This document shows, in pieces, positions 29,352 through 38,832 of a DNA stretch of 55,923 nt. This DNA is from a virus (taxonomy: Duplodnaviria > Caudoviricetes), in the IMG/VR virus record IMGVR_UViG_3300032053_000094, positions 1 through 55,923 of that record. The stretch is one strand, 5' to 3'. The notes beneath the pieces were generated by a model, which had not been told where the DNA came from, did not search any database, and saw only the letters and a list, made by a program, of their open reading frames with translations. Position 1 is the stretch's first letter. Each line of letters begins with the position of its first letter. The position numbers and the translations under genes are program-made.

Positions 29352-29774
29352 TTACATCATACCAATTTTTTTTCTTATATCAAACAAAAGTGATTCATCA
29401 AATTTAACGCCATGTCTTTCTTTAAAATGGTTTAATAAATATTTTAACGATTCTCTATGCCCTTTGTCTTTCAACAATAAGTAAGCTCCTAAATCCGCCT
29501 CTAATTCTTCTTTTTCATCCCTTGGTCCATTATGTTTTAACAAAACATGTGAAATTTCATGGGCCTCAATAAACTTCAATACATCAATATCCAAATCATC
29601 CAAGAAGTTTTCTCCATCAATTATAACTAAATTTTTTTCAGGAACCAAGAATCCAAATCCATATTCTCTAAAAAATTTCTTAATTAATGGGTATTTTTCA
29701 TTCTCTTTAAATATAACTAAAATTGTTATACTTGGTAAAAACTCGCTTTGATATTGAACTTGACTTTCTTCCAT
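29352..29774 (-). CDS. HExxH zincin-like protein
   Basis: FIEAHEISHV..ELEAD. Confidence 0.7.
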   Translation of the reverse strand: MEESQVQYQSEFLPSITILVIFKENEKYPLIKKFFREYGFGFLVPEKNLVIIDGENFLDDLDIDVLKFIEAHEISHVLLKHNGPRDEKEELEADLGAYLLLKDKGHRESLKYLLNHFKERHGVKFDESLLFDIRKKIGMM

Positions 29775-30586
29775 TACGACAATAAATTATAATATACTTT
29801 AAAATGTTTTAATCTTTCATCTAATCCAATAGTCCCGCCATTCACACATTTAGTAACTGAAGTTACAGTTGCGTCGCTAGCATCCACACATTTTTTAAGA
29901 CAGTTTTTACTGAAGAACCATGCTGCTGATAATAATGGATATTTTGTTGCAACTAATTCGGGATTTGCGGTTAAATCTTCATTTATTGATTTTGAAAATG
30001 ATACATAGTTATCCCTTCCAGTTAACTGAATAAATCCACGGCCACAAAATTTATAACCATCATGAGTCTCTTCAGGACCATTACCCATTCTACCACCATA
30101 TACTCTTGACGCAATTTTTTCAGGTTGTTTTGCATATGATTCTGCAAGATTACCTGGAAAGTATTTACCAAATATTTTTTTTAACCCATCAGACGAATAA
30201 TTCAAGTTTTCCTTAGTTACTTTAAATCCACCACTCTCATGACTACACTGTGCCAAAAAATGCGAAAGTTTTAACGGTGTATCAATACCAAATTTTGATG
30301 CGGTGTCAGGTATCATAGCAATAACTGAATCAGGAATGTGACCTTTCAATTTTTCTAATTTCAAAGTACCTACTGAACTTATAACTACATCTTCACTAAT
30401 AACACCACCAAACATTTTAGCCCAACTTTTATCACCTATAATACCGTCAACAGTTAATTTATTATCTGATTGCCATTTTTTAACTGCAATTTCTGTTCCA
30501 GGTCCAAAAGAACCGTCAGAAATAAGCCCTAATTTTTCTTGGAGTTTTTTTACATCATCTCCTTTAGAACCGTTTTTTAATAACAT
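29774..30586 (-). CDS. endolysin: PG-binding domain + glycoside hydrolase family 19
   Basis: LKNGSKGDDVKKLQ..DGSFGPGT..DGIIG; FLAQCSHESGGF..ENLNYS..GRGFIQLTG..VNGGTIGLDER. Confidence 0.92.
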   Translation of the reverse strand: MLLKNGSKGDDVKKLQEKLGLISDGSFGPGTEIAVKKWQSDNKLTVDGIIGDKSWAKMFGGVISEDVVISSVGTLKLEKLKGHIPDSVIAMIPDTASKFGIDTPLKLSHFLAQCSHESGGFKVTKENLNYSSDGLKKIFGKYFPGNLAESYAKQPEKIASRVYGGRMGNGPEETHDGYKFCGRGFIQLTGRDNYVSFSKSINEDLTANPELVATKYPLLSAAWFFSKNCLKKCVDASDATVTSVTKCVNGGTIGLDERLKHFKVYYNLLS

Positions 30587-30630
30587 AATTTTAAAATTTT
30601 AATAGTTTATACATTATAAATACTTTAAAA

Positions 30631-31041
30631 TTACTTAATTGATTTCCAACATTTTTTATAATATTTTTTCTCATTTTTAAACGCCTCAATCTCAAACGGA
30701 TTTTCATCATATTTAAATATTTTTGAATACTTATAGTAATAAGTTGCAACTGGTTGTAAATAATGGGTATATTCATGAATAGTAGTTTGGACTAAATCTC
30801 TAACAGTGTCATTATTATCATGAAAAACAGTTAATGTGTTGGTCTTACAATTAAATGACCCCATAGCTTTACATCCAATGGATTTAAAGTCTTCCCTCGA
30901 TTGAATTTTAATCGAATATTTAAATTTATTTTTTCTACGGTTATATAACCCAAAATTTGTTTGACACCATTTAATGGTATTCTTTACTATCTCTCTTTTT
31001 TGTTGTAATGATAATGTATCTGTATTAGTCTTTAACTTCAT
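30631..31041 (-). CDS. HExxH zincin-like protein
   Basis: TTIHEYTHYLQ..NPFEIEA. Confidence 0.7.
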   Translation of the reverse strand: MKLKTNTDTLSLQQKREIVKNTIKWCQTNFGLYNRRKNKFKYSIKIQSREDFKSIGCKAMGSFNCKTNTLTVFHDNNDTVRDLVQTTIHEYTHYLQPVATYYYKYSKIFKYDENPFEIEAFKNEKKYYKKCWKSIK

Positions 31042-31107
31042 ACTACAAAGGTATGTGATATTTATTAAACAAACAAAACTATTTAATTTTTCAAAATAAT
31101 TATATAC

Positions 31108-32199
31108 ATGAACAAATTACTAAAGGAAGTGTCTAAAATAAAAAACATTATAAATAATGTTAATGAAAGTGTTAGTGAAAATCACATTAAAAAAATTAAA
31201 GATTTATTAAATTTTAATAATATGATGACTCTTTCAATTCAGAATGATTTAGATGAAATTGTTAATATTAGTAGTGAACAAATTATTGATTTTGATTTGA
31301 TGGAAAGAAGTTTAAAAAAAGTATTGCTTAAAAAGGGAAATAAAAAAAAGAATGTTGAATCTTATCTTAGTAAAATTGTAAACTCATTACTAACAAGAGA
31401 CCGAGGAGTATATAATGTAGAACCTGAAAGTGATGACTATGAGTTTGAACCTCAAGAACCATCAATTGTTCCTAAAAAGGTTTATAGAAAAGAATTATAT
31501 GGTCTACAAGTAGAACTGTTAAAGCTAGAAGAATGGTTAATGAAGACAAACAGAACTGTAATCATAGTTTTTGAAGGTCGAGATTCTGCAGGTAAAGGGT
31601 CAACAATTAAAAAATTTACAGAGAATATGAATCCTAGAGGTTATAAAGTAATTGCTATGGGTATTCCAACACCTGAGGAAAGAAAAAATTGGTGGCAACG
31701 ATATGAATCTCAAATTGAAAAAGGAAAAATGAATTTATTTGATAGAAGTTGGTATAACAGAGGTTTAGTTGAACCTGTAATGGGTTATGGTAGTGACGAA
31801 GAATATAAAGATTTTATGGATAATGTTGAGGATTTTGAAAATGCTTTAGTTAAAGACGGTGATTTTTTATTTAAATTATGGTTTTCAATTGACAAAGAAA
31901 CTCAGTCTAAAAGATTTGAAATGAGACAAAAATCACCATTAAAATACTGGAAATACTCTCCAAACGATTCAAGAATGCAAGATTTATGGGATAGATTTAC
32001 AGAATTTAAAGAAAAGTTATTTGATAAAACATCAACATTAAACAATCCTTGGGTTATTGTTGACTCTGTTGATAAAAAAGTGTCAGGTCTTAACGCTATA
32101 AGATATGTATTAAAAAATATTCCTTATGAAAATAAGAATGAAGAATTTTTAAATAAAGAATACCCCGAAGCTTTAACTATTTTAAATCCAGAAAATTAA
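31108..32199 (+). CDS. ppk2: polyphosphate kinase 2 with ~120-aa N-terminal extension
   Basis: FEGRDSAGKG, MNPRG, FDRSWYNR, VEPVMG, KYSPND. Confidence 0.93.
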   Translation: MNKLLKEVSKIKNIINNVNESVSENHIKKIKDLLNFNNMMTLSIQNDLDEIVNISSEQIIDFDLMERSLKKVLLKKGNKKKNVESYLSKIVNSLLTRDRGVYNVEPESDDYEFEPQEPSIVPKKVYRKELYGLQVELLKLEEWLMKTNRTVIIVFEGRDSAGKGSTIKKFTENMNPRGYKVIAMGIPTPEERKNWWQRYESQIEKGKMNLFDRSWYNRGLVEPVMGYGSDEEYKDFMDNVEDFENALVKDGDFLFKLWFSIDKETQSKRFEMRQKSPLKYWKYSPNDSRMQDLWDRFTEFKEKLFDKTSTLNNPWVIVDSVDKKVSGLNAIRYVLKNIPYENKNEEFLNKEYPEALTILNPEN

Positions 32200-32894
32200 A
32201 CCATATCATGGTCACTATTAATTTCTGGTGGTGTTTTAACTCCATTTTTTTCCCAGCCTGACAATACTTTAGTTATTAAATCAGTTGTTGCGTGTGTACC
32301 CCAAGTCACTAAATCACTATCACATTTTTCAGATATTTTTTTAGCACCAATATTATTTTTCAAACCATCAACAATACAATCATAATGACCATTCTTTAAT
32401 GTTGCGATTGTTGCGTCAATTCCATTTTCTCTTGTTGGATAATTTTTTACACCTGCAGTTGATGTTCCAATACTCTTACCACCAAACCCACTCTTAGTAG
32501 TTCCAAACGGATTATTCTTAGCTTCAGTATGTTCTGATTGTCTCCATCCATATAAAAATAACATATTTTCATCTGTTATTGGGGCTTCAATACCGTTTAA
32601 GATTTCTTTATAAAAATCATCATCAGAACTTTCTAAAGACATTGGTTTATGTTCTGATTTATCTTCAATCTCACGCTCAATATCATCTTCGTTGTTAATA
32701 TCACCACCAAGACCTGGTATAATATCTTTAAAATAGCTTTTTAATTTTTTAACAACATCAGATTGTAAAATATCGTCAGATGCGATTTCAAAAAAATGAA
32801 TAATGTCAGTAATTACACCTTCATTCAATTGGTTTTCATTAACGTTTGTTAATTTTTTTATTTTAGTTATCTCCTGAATCAGTTTTTTGTCCAT
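32196..32894 (-). CDS. lysozyme/glucosaminidase-like domain protein with N-terminal leader
   Basis: WRQSE..AKNNPF..GVKNYPTRENGIDATIATL. Confidence 0.6.
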   Translation of the reverse strand: MDKKLIQEITKIKKLTNVNENQLNEGVITDIIHFFEIASDDILQSDVVKKLKSYFKDIIPGLGGDINNEDDIEREIEDKSEHKPMSLESSDDDFYKEILNGIEAPITDENMLFLYGWRQSEHTEAKNNPFGTTKSGFGGKSIGTSTAGVKNYPTRENGIDATIATLKNGHYDCIVDGLKNNIGAKKISEKCDSDLVTWGTHATTDLITKVLSGWEKNGVKTPPEINSDHDMV

Positions 32895-33108
32895 TGTTTT
32901 TTTTTATATAAATATCAGAAGATAAATGATTTTCTAAATTCATTAAATACAAATCCAATAAAAGTGCACATATGTACCATTGTAAATCATTAAATAAGTT
33001 TGATTGAGTATGGAAATTATCATACAAACTGAATGTAATTTTAAATATAATATAAAATCTTGATAATAAAATTAAGATTCCAAACACTAATTTTAATATA
33101 TTAACCAT
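32863..33108 (-). CDS. small membrane protein
   Basis: 81 aa, hydrophobic. Confidence 0.5.
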   Translation of the reverse strand: MVNILKLVFGILILLSRFYIIFKITFSLYDNFHTQSNLFNDLQWYICALLLDLYLMNLENHLSSDIYIKKNNGQKTDSGDN

Positions 33109-33136
33109 GTCATATTTAATAAATTTTTAATAATAA

Positions 33137-34072
33137 TTAACCTCTCATTAGTACTACAGGGACTTCTTCATCAATCGCTTGTAACTCATTTTCATTCATT
33201 AAGTCTGTATTTATACGTATTTCATCATCTTCTTCTCTTGAATGTACTCTAGGTAATACATACCCGTTCATTTCTAACCAGTATTTTTGTTTTTCTTGCT
33301 CCTCAAAACTTAATAAATCCCAATTAGTTGATATATTTTTTTCGAATAACTTTTCTCTGAATACCGACATAATTTCATTTGGTAAATTGGCTTGAATTGA
33401 ATCAATTCTTCTATCTAATACATCCCAAAAAGAAAGTTCTTTTTCATAATCAATTGTTGTCATATACCCCGCAATCTTATTTCCTGTTTTTTTATCGATA
33501 GCATATATTAAAATTCCCCTTCTAGCATACTTGTAAAAATATTCAGGTTCGAACTCAGATGATGTACACCATTTAGTATTTGAACCATATTTTCTAGATG
33601 ACGCCCATGACAATGGTTTTAATACTATCCATTCAGGTGTTTCATATAATTTAATAATTTGTTTTTCGATGTCTTTATCAATATCTTTTAATTCAGATAA
33701 TGAAATCTGTAGTCTTAAATCATCAAATGATGTATACGTGCTTAAATTATTATTTTCAATCATGTTACGTTCATTAAGGTCTTGAAATTTCTTAAGAGTA
33801 TGTATATCTTCAGAACCCAAACAACTATCAACTATTCTAAAAAAAATAAGTAATTCTAAATACCCCATTTCAGGATAAGAAATAAAATCAATACCATAGG
33901 ATTCCAATCTTTTAATAATATCCGCTCTCTCTGAATTATCGTTATTTTTACGTTTAATTAAATTAACAACCATCTCAGTATACTTTGGTTTAGAAACCAT
34001 GTTATTAATAAATTCAACCAAATTAAAATTTAGACCAGGGTTTTGTTTTTTTAATTCTTCTATTCTTGACAT
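33137..34072 (-). CDS. hypothetical with 'P.S..AS..YG..TKWCT' domain
   Basis: Shares WCTS domain with 38829-40640. Confidence 0.75.
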   Translation of the reverse strand: MSRIEELKKQNPGLNFNLVEFINNMVSKPKYTEMVVNLIKRKNNDNSERADIIKRLESYGIDFISYPEMGYLELLIFFRIVDSCLGSEDIHTLKKFQDLNERNMIENNNLSTYTSFDDLRLQISLSELKDIDKDIEKQIIKLYETPEWIVLKPLSWASSRKYGSNTKWCTSSEFEPEYFYKYARRGILIYAIDKKTGNKIAGYMTTIDYEKELSFWDVLDRRIDSIQANLPNEIMSVFREKLFEKNISTNWDLLSFEEQEKQKYWLEMNGYVLPRVHSREEDDEIRINTDLMNENELQAIDEEVPVVLMRG

Positions 34073-34076
34073 ATAA

Positions 34077-35114
34077 TTATTTTTTAAATCTTTTTGATGC
34101 GTTTTCTGTTATAAAAATATAGGTACTTTCCTTGAACTCATCAAGCGTTTTAGAATTAGTATATGACATTGCTGATTTTAAATAATCTGTAAAGTTTTCA
34201 ACCCAAGTCTCAACCTTATATTCAACAGGGTTATATTTTGTAATTCCTTCCGCGGTTTTTATAACACCTCTATTCCATTTTTTTTGTACTTCTTTGGTAC
34301 TCATTCCTCTAAATGATTTGTACATATATTTTCTTAAAAATGGAAATCTATCCCAAATATATTTTTCTTTTCCTTTTGGTAACTTAATAAATTTAAATAA
34401 TTTAATATCTGAACAAGATTCCAAGGTTTTATTCAAAATACCACCAATCATAACATAGTCAGCACCTAACGCTAATGCTTTAATTATTTCATCATAATTT
34501 CTAAACCCACCATCAGCTACTATCTTAGTTTTAAATCCACCATTAAGATTTATCGTATAACATTCATTTATTAAAGATGCCATAGGGTAATGAATACCAA
34601 TGTTTGCGGAAGTTAGACAAGCACTACCTCCACCGATACCAACTCTAACGTAATCAACACCAATCTCCGCATATTTTTTAAATGTTAAAGGATTTGCAAT
34701 ATTACCAATCATTATTTCATGATTTTCACTGTACCTAATTTCACAAAATTCTTTACACATTCTATATAATCTATCCATATGTCCATTAGCAACATCAACA
34801 AGAATTCTTTTTCTTCTATTTTTATCATAGTATTTTACTTTATAAGCAACAATAAAATGTTCAAAATCATCTAATGAAAGTGACTCAAAACAATCATTAT
34901 CCCAAACAGGTTCATTTCTAGGAGTACAAACATTTATCCCCGCACTTTTAAAAATAGAATGATTGTATCTATCTATAACCGTATCCATAGGTGCTGCAAA
35001 AAGTGGTAACATCCCACTTTCCATTATATATGGTAACACTTCTTTTCTACTATTAATTTTACTTAATGTTTCTGGAACTAAAGTAATGTCGTTAAAATCA
35101 AATTTTGTTTTCAT
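34077..35114 (-). CDS. GMP reductase / IMP dehydrogenase family
   Basis: FNDITLVP, APMDTV, DVANGH, VGIGGGSACLT, VADGG, GADYVMIG, FRGMST, SAMSY. Confidence 0.9.
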   Translation of the reverse strand: MKTKFDFNDITLVPETLSKINSRKEVLPYIMESGMLPLFAAPMDTVIDRYNHSIFKSAGINVCTPRNEPVWDNDCFESLSLDDFEHFIVAYKVKYYDKNRRKRILVDVANGHMDRLYRMCKEFCEIRYSENHEIMIGNIANPLTFKKYAEIGVDYVRVGIGGGSACLTSANIGIHYPMASLINECYTINLNGGFKTKIVADGGFRNYDEIIKALALGADYVMIGGILNKTLESCSDIKLFKFIKLPKGKEKYIWDRFPFLRKYMYKSFRGMSTKEVQKKWNRGVIKTAEGITKYNPVEYKVETWVENFTDYLKSAMSYTNSKTLDEFKESTYIFITENASKRFKK

Positions 35115-35266
35115 TTAATTAATTTAAAAAATTATACTAAAAATTTTTGAAATAATAAACTTAGAGACATAAAATCCTCCCATAATAATCATTAAAGATA
35201 ATCCCGCAATTAATCCAACAATACTGGTTACAAACATTGTTGCACCAATATTCATTAATGTTGTTT

Positions 35267-35680
35267 TCATATTTCAATATTAAAATTTTCAATTAAACCT
35301 TGAATTTTGTTTTTACACTTCTCTGAAATAGGTATTGGATTACCTTCTTCATCAATTTTAACAAATTTTATATTTGTTTTTAAAATAATAACTTGATTTC
35401 CTGTATAAACATTATGAGCTCTAGCTTCCATATATAAAGTTATTGAAGTTGTACCTAATTTACCTGGATGTCCATAGATTTTTAATAATTGACCTTCTTT
35501 GGCTGGCTTTTCAAAAAAACATTTATCTATAGAAACTGTAACCATTCTTGGTGAATCACATAATTGCATTGAGTATCCTGCAGCTGCTTCATCAATCCAT
35601 GCTAATAATTTACCACCAAACAAATTTCCGTGAAAACCCAAATCAGATTTTTTAATTGGGTGAGTATTTAAAAGTTCCAT
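35267..35680 (-). CDS. acyl-CoA thioesterase (hotdog fold)
   Basis: HGNLFGGKLLAWIDEAA..MVTVS..G.TSI..FVKIDEEG.P. Confidence 0.9.
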   Translation of the reverse strand: MELLNTHPIKKSDLGFHGNLFGGKLLAWIDEAAAGYSMQLCDSPRMVTVSIDKCFFEKPAKEGQLLKIYGHPGKLGTTSITLYMEARAHNVYTGNQVIILKTNIKFVKIDEEGNPIPISEKCKNKIQGLIENFNIEI

Positions 35681-35752
35681 ATTAAATTTCTTTACACAAA
35701 AATAAGAAAAATAATCCAATAAAAAAACCCCAATAATGGGGTTTTAAATAAA

Positions 35753-35875
35753 TTATCTTCCTTGACCTATATATTTCTTTGGTCTTGAATTGTGTTTGTT
35801 GTACGCTTTTTTGGCGTTTCCTTTCTTTCTTTTACCAAAAGTTAATTTTCTTGCGTCATGTATCCCCTTAGCCAT
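35753..35875 (-). CDS. 40-aa very basic peptide ending KKYIGQGR
   Basis: MAKGIHDARKLTFGKRKKGNAKKAYNKHNSRPKKYIGQGR; fits between gene and terminator. Confidence 0.7.
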   Translation of the reverse strand: MAKGIHDARKLTFGKRKKGNAKKAYNKHNSRPKKYIGQGR

Positions 35876-35878
35876 TAT

Positions 35879-36895
35879 TTATTCAAATTTAATGTGTACA
35901 AATTCTCCGATAGGTCCTGAAGCCTTAAGTACATAAGGAGCACTTGCTAATTCAGGTATTGCACCTTTAAGAGCGTTGTATGTGTTTATTGCTTTGTGCT
36001 TACATAGTTGTAAATTACCAGTACCGTCATCATTGTTCCCTATAACTGTGTCGTTATATTCGTTTAACTCTTTCCAATGATTTTTAGTTGGGTTATTATC
36101 CATACGTCCAGCTGGCATTTTTGATGTTGAAGAATCAATTGTAATTTTATTTATTTTACCTCCACCTTTTAAATGAGATTTAATTCCATCTAAAAAAGAT
36201 GCGTTATGTAAATTTTTAGGATTACCAGAATTCTCTTCAAAAAAATCACCAACATTATATATCTTAGGTAACTTTAACATGTTAGGTGATATACCAAAAT
36301 CTTCCATATTAATTGGTTGACCATGCATTGAAACCTCTAAACTAATTCCATATTCTTTTCCTGATTTAAATGTTGACTGTTGGAAATATATTCTATCTCC
36401 AGGTTTTGGGTCTTCGATTGTCATTAGTCTACCTTCAACCACTTCAGGAAAATCAGTACCAATAACAAACCCACCTAAAGTTGGTGACTCAAATTTTTGA
36501 GAATAGAATATGATTGGTGTCATACTTCCAAAATTAACAATAGATTCATTCTTACTATAAACTTCTTTACCATATTTGATGGCATTTTTCATTTCAACAT
36601 CAAATTCTAAACCTTGTAATTCCTTACCTTTAATTTCAGGTATGTCAATTTCTTTAGTTTGTTTTGTCCAAACTGCTGATATTTCTTTTGTTGTCGGAAA
36701 TTCAACCATTAGATTAGGACTTAATTCACCTTTAGATTTATCTGCTAAGTACATTTTACCATCATTAACATAAAAATAAAAACCACCAAGAGTATAATAT
36801 TTTCCAGGTGTACCCATTTGTTCATCGTGTTCTTTTATAACTCGATTAACAATTCTCATTAAATCACTTTCATTTAATTTTATAACTTTTTTCAT
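35879..36895 (-). CDS. hypothetical with 'MKKVIKLNESDL' leader
   Basis: 338-aa ORF after TATTTAT. Confidence 0.75.
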   Translation of the reverse strand: MKKVIKLNESDLMRIVNRVIKEHDEQMGTPGKYYTLGGFYFYVNDGKMYLADKSKGELSPNLMVEFPTTKEISAVWTKQTKEIDIPEIKGKELQGLEFDVEMKNAIKYGKEVYSKNESIVNFGSMTPIIFYSQKFESPTLGGFVIGTDFPEVVEGRLMTIEDPKPGDRIYFQQSTFKSGKEYGISLEVSMHGQPINMEDFGISPNMLKLPKIYNVGDFFEENSGNPKNLHNASFLDGIKSHLKGGGKINKITIDSSTSKMPAGRMDNNPTKNHWKELNEYNDTVIGNNDDGTGNLQLCKHKAINTYNALKGAIPELASAPYVLKASGPIGEFVHIKFE

Positions 36896-36941
36896 ATGCT
36901 GTTTTCATTCTATAAATATATCGGATATACAGAATGTATGT

Positions 36942-37238
36942 TTATTCGTTATTAGTAAAAATATAATAAAAATGAACATCTCTATCTGTAACAAACAATT
37001 TATCAAAATCAGTAAATTTATATACCCTATCAACAATTTGGTGGATATCATTGGATTTACTAATATAATTATATTTTATAAAAATATAAAAAGTAATATA
37101 ATCACCATAATCACCTTCTTTTATTGTAAAATTTTTTAATTTTATGAATTCAATGTTTTTTGAATACTTTTCTTTTACAAATTCTAAATAACTTTTAAAG
37201 GAATTAATAATAATTTCAAATTGTTGTGTTTTTTCCAT
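36942..37238 (-). CDS. hypothetical protein
   Basis: 98-aa ORF. Confidence 0.6.
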   Translation of the reverse strand: MEKTQQFEIIINSFKSYLEFVKEKYSKNIEFIKLKNFTIKEGDYGDYITFYIFIKYNYISKSNDIHQIVDRVYKFTDFDKLFVTDRDVHFYYIFTNNE

Positions 37239-37306
37239 TACTTGATTTAAACTATAATTATAAATATATCTTTTATTAAAAACCCCCTATTTAGGGGGAT
37301 TTTTAA

Positions 37307-37522
37307 TTATTTTCTAGGTATATTTTTGAATAAGTTATTAATCATCTTTAATGATTCCATCATTTCTTTTGGAGCCGTTGGGTTATTTGGATTACCTAAA
37401 AATGGATTATTATCCTTAAACTTAATAAGTTTTTTACCATATTTTTTCCAAAAAAACAAACCACAAAGTAAAAAAGACAATAAAATAAGACAAAGTACTG
37501 TTAAAATGAAATTAAGATACAT
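37307..37522 (-). CDS. single-TM small protein
   Basis: N-terminal TM then basic patch. Confidence 0.6.
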   Translation of the reverse strand: MYLNFILTVLCLILLSFLLCGLFFWKKYGKKLIKFKDNNPFLGNPNNPTAPKEMMESLKMINNLFKNIPRK

Positions 37523-37571
37523 AATTATTTTTATTTAAATGTAAGATAAATAAAAATAATTGTCAAATTAA

Positions 37572-38495
37572 TTATTGTGATTTTGATTTTACTATTGTTG
37601 TTTTTCCTGGTGTCGCACTACTTGGTAGATTCCAATCAGATAATACTTGATTATAAGTAAATTTCATTTGCTTATCTCCAACAGTAATTGTTGCGGTTTT
37701 AGTCGTTTCATCAATAGTCGGAATTGCTGGTGGTTGTCCTCCATAAATTGAAGAATACCAACTACTAAATCCTGTAGTAGTAAACTCATTAGTTCCTCCA
37801 GCACCTGTTGCAAATGGGTCAATCTTATTATCAGGTCTTTGTATTGTTCCACCAACACCAAATGTTTGGTCTGCCGATGATACTGTTGTTGGTTTTTCAG
37901 TTCCTCCTACAGGGTTTAATGATGTTATAGTACTACCATTAGCAGCAGGTTGATTAGGTATTTTAAGTTCCGTATCAGGAGGTAATCCTGGTCCAAAATC
38001 AAACCCTTGAGAATCTTTAGCCTTGGCATATTGACCCCATTTACCACCAACAGGTCTAGTTGTTACCCAAGTATCGTCAGTTATTGTTCCTGCAGATACT
38101 AAAGCATCGATTTCCGCCTTAGTTTTAGGTCCAACAAATTTATTAGCCGTCTTATCAAAATAACCATATTGATTATCGATTGTTGCCGCTGATGGTACTG
38201 CACCTCCCCCTTTTCCTATTTTATCTAAATATTCTTGACCATGTTTTTCCCAAGCTTTAGTATAACTATAGCTGTCGGGATTACCCATTCTTCCTGAATT
38301 TTTAGCACTTCCTTTTCTACCTGTTTTTTTATTATAAGTCATCCAATTACCATATGTATTATCCATATACTCTTCGAATTTAGTAACTTCCGCCTTATCT
38401 GTTGGTTTTGGTGGTGTGACTTGTTCTAATATTGGTTGATAGATACCTCTAATTCTATTTTTTTCAGATTCTGTTAATACAAATCCTCTTTTCAT
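37572..38495 (-). CDS. leader-bearing protein with GYF_2/DUF4339-like domain (start MKRGFV)
   Basis: 'VLTESEKNRIRGIY'; 'VGPKTKAEIDALVSAGTITDDTWV'. Confidence 0.7.
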   Translation of the reverse strand: MKRGFVLTESEKNRIRGIYQPILEQVTPPKPTDKAEVTKFEEYMDNTYGNWMTYNKKTGRKGSAKNSGRMGNPDSYSYTKAWEKHGQEYLDKIGKGGGAVPSAATIDNQYGYFDKTANKFVGPKTKAEIDALVSAGTITDDTWVTTRPVGGKWGQYAKAKDSQGFDFGPGLPPDTELKIPNQPAANGSTITSLNPVGGTEKPTTVSSADQTFGVGGTIQRPDNKIDPFATGAGGTNEFTTTGFSSWYSSIYGGQPPAIPTIDETTKTATITVGDKQMKFTYNQVLSDWNLPSSATPGKTTIVKSKSQ

Positions 38496-38562
38496 AATTT
38501 TATATTTTAATTGTGTTATACTATAAATATACTTTGTTTGTAAAAAAATTATATTTATTGAT

Positions 38563-38832
38563 ATGAAAGAAATGTTGGAACATTTACTAAATAATATTCG
38601 AAAAGAAGAATTGAATTTACTTTTTGGTGAAGGAAGTAAGATTAATGTTGATTCCATATCCTATTCAACAAATAATAAAACGTATGTAATTCATTCTACG
38701 GTATTTGTTACTGACATTGAAGAATCAATTCAATCTTTTCCAGATGGTCTTGATTTTTTAATTACTGAAAGTTGGAAATACACAGGATTTAATAATGAGT
38801 TAACAATCATCAACAGTATTGATATTATTTAA
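38563..38832 (+). CDS. hypothetical protein
   Basis: TATTTAT upstream. Confidence 0.7.
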   Translation: MKEMLEHLLNNIRKEELNLLFGEGSKINVDSISYSTNNKTYVIHSTVFVTDIEESIQSFPDGLDFLITESWKYTGFNNELTIINSIDII

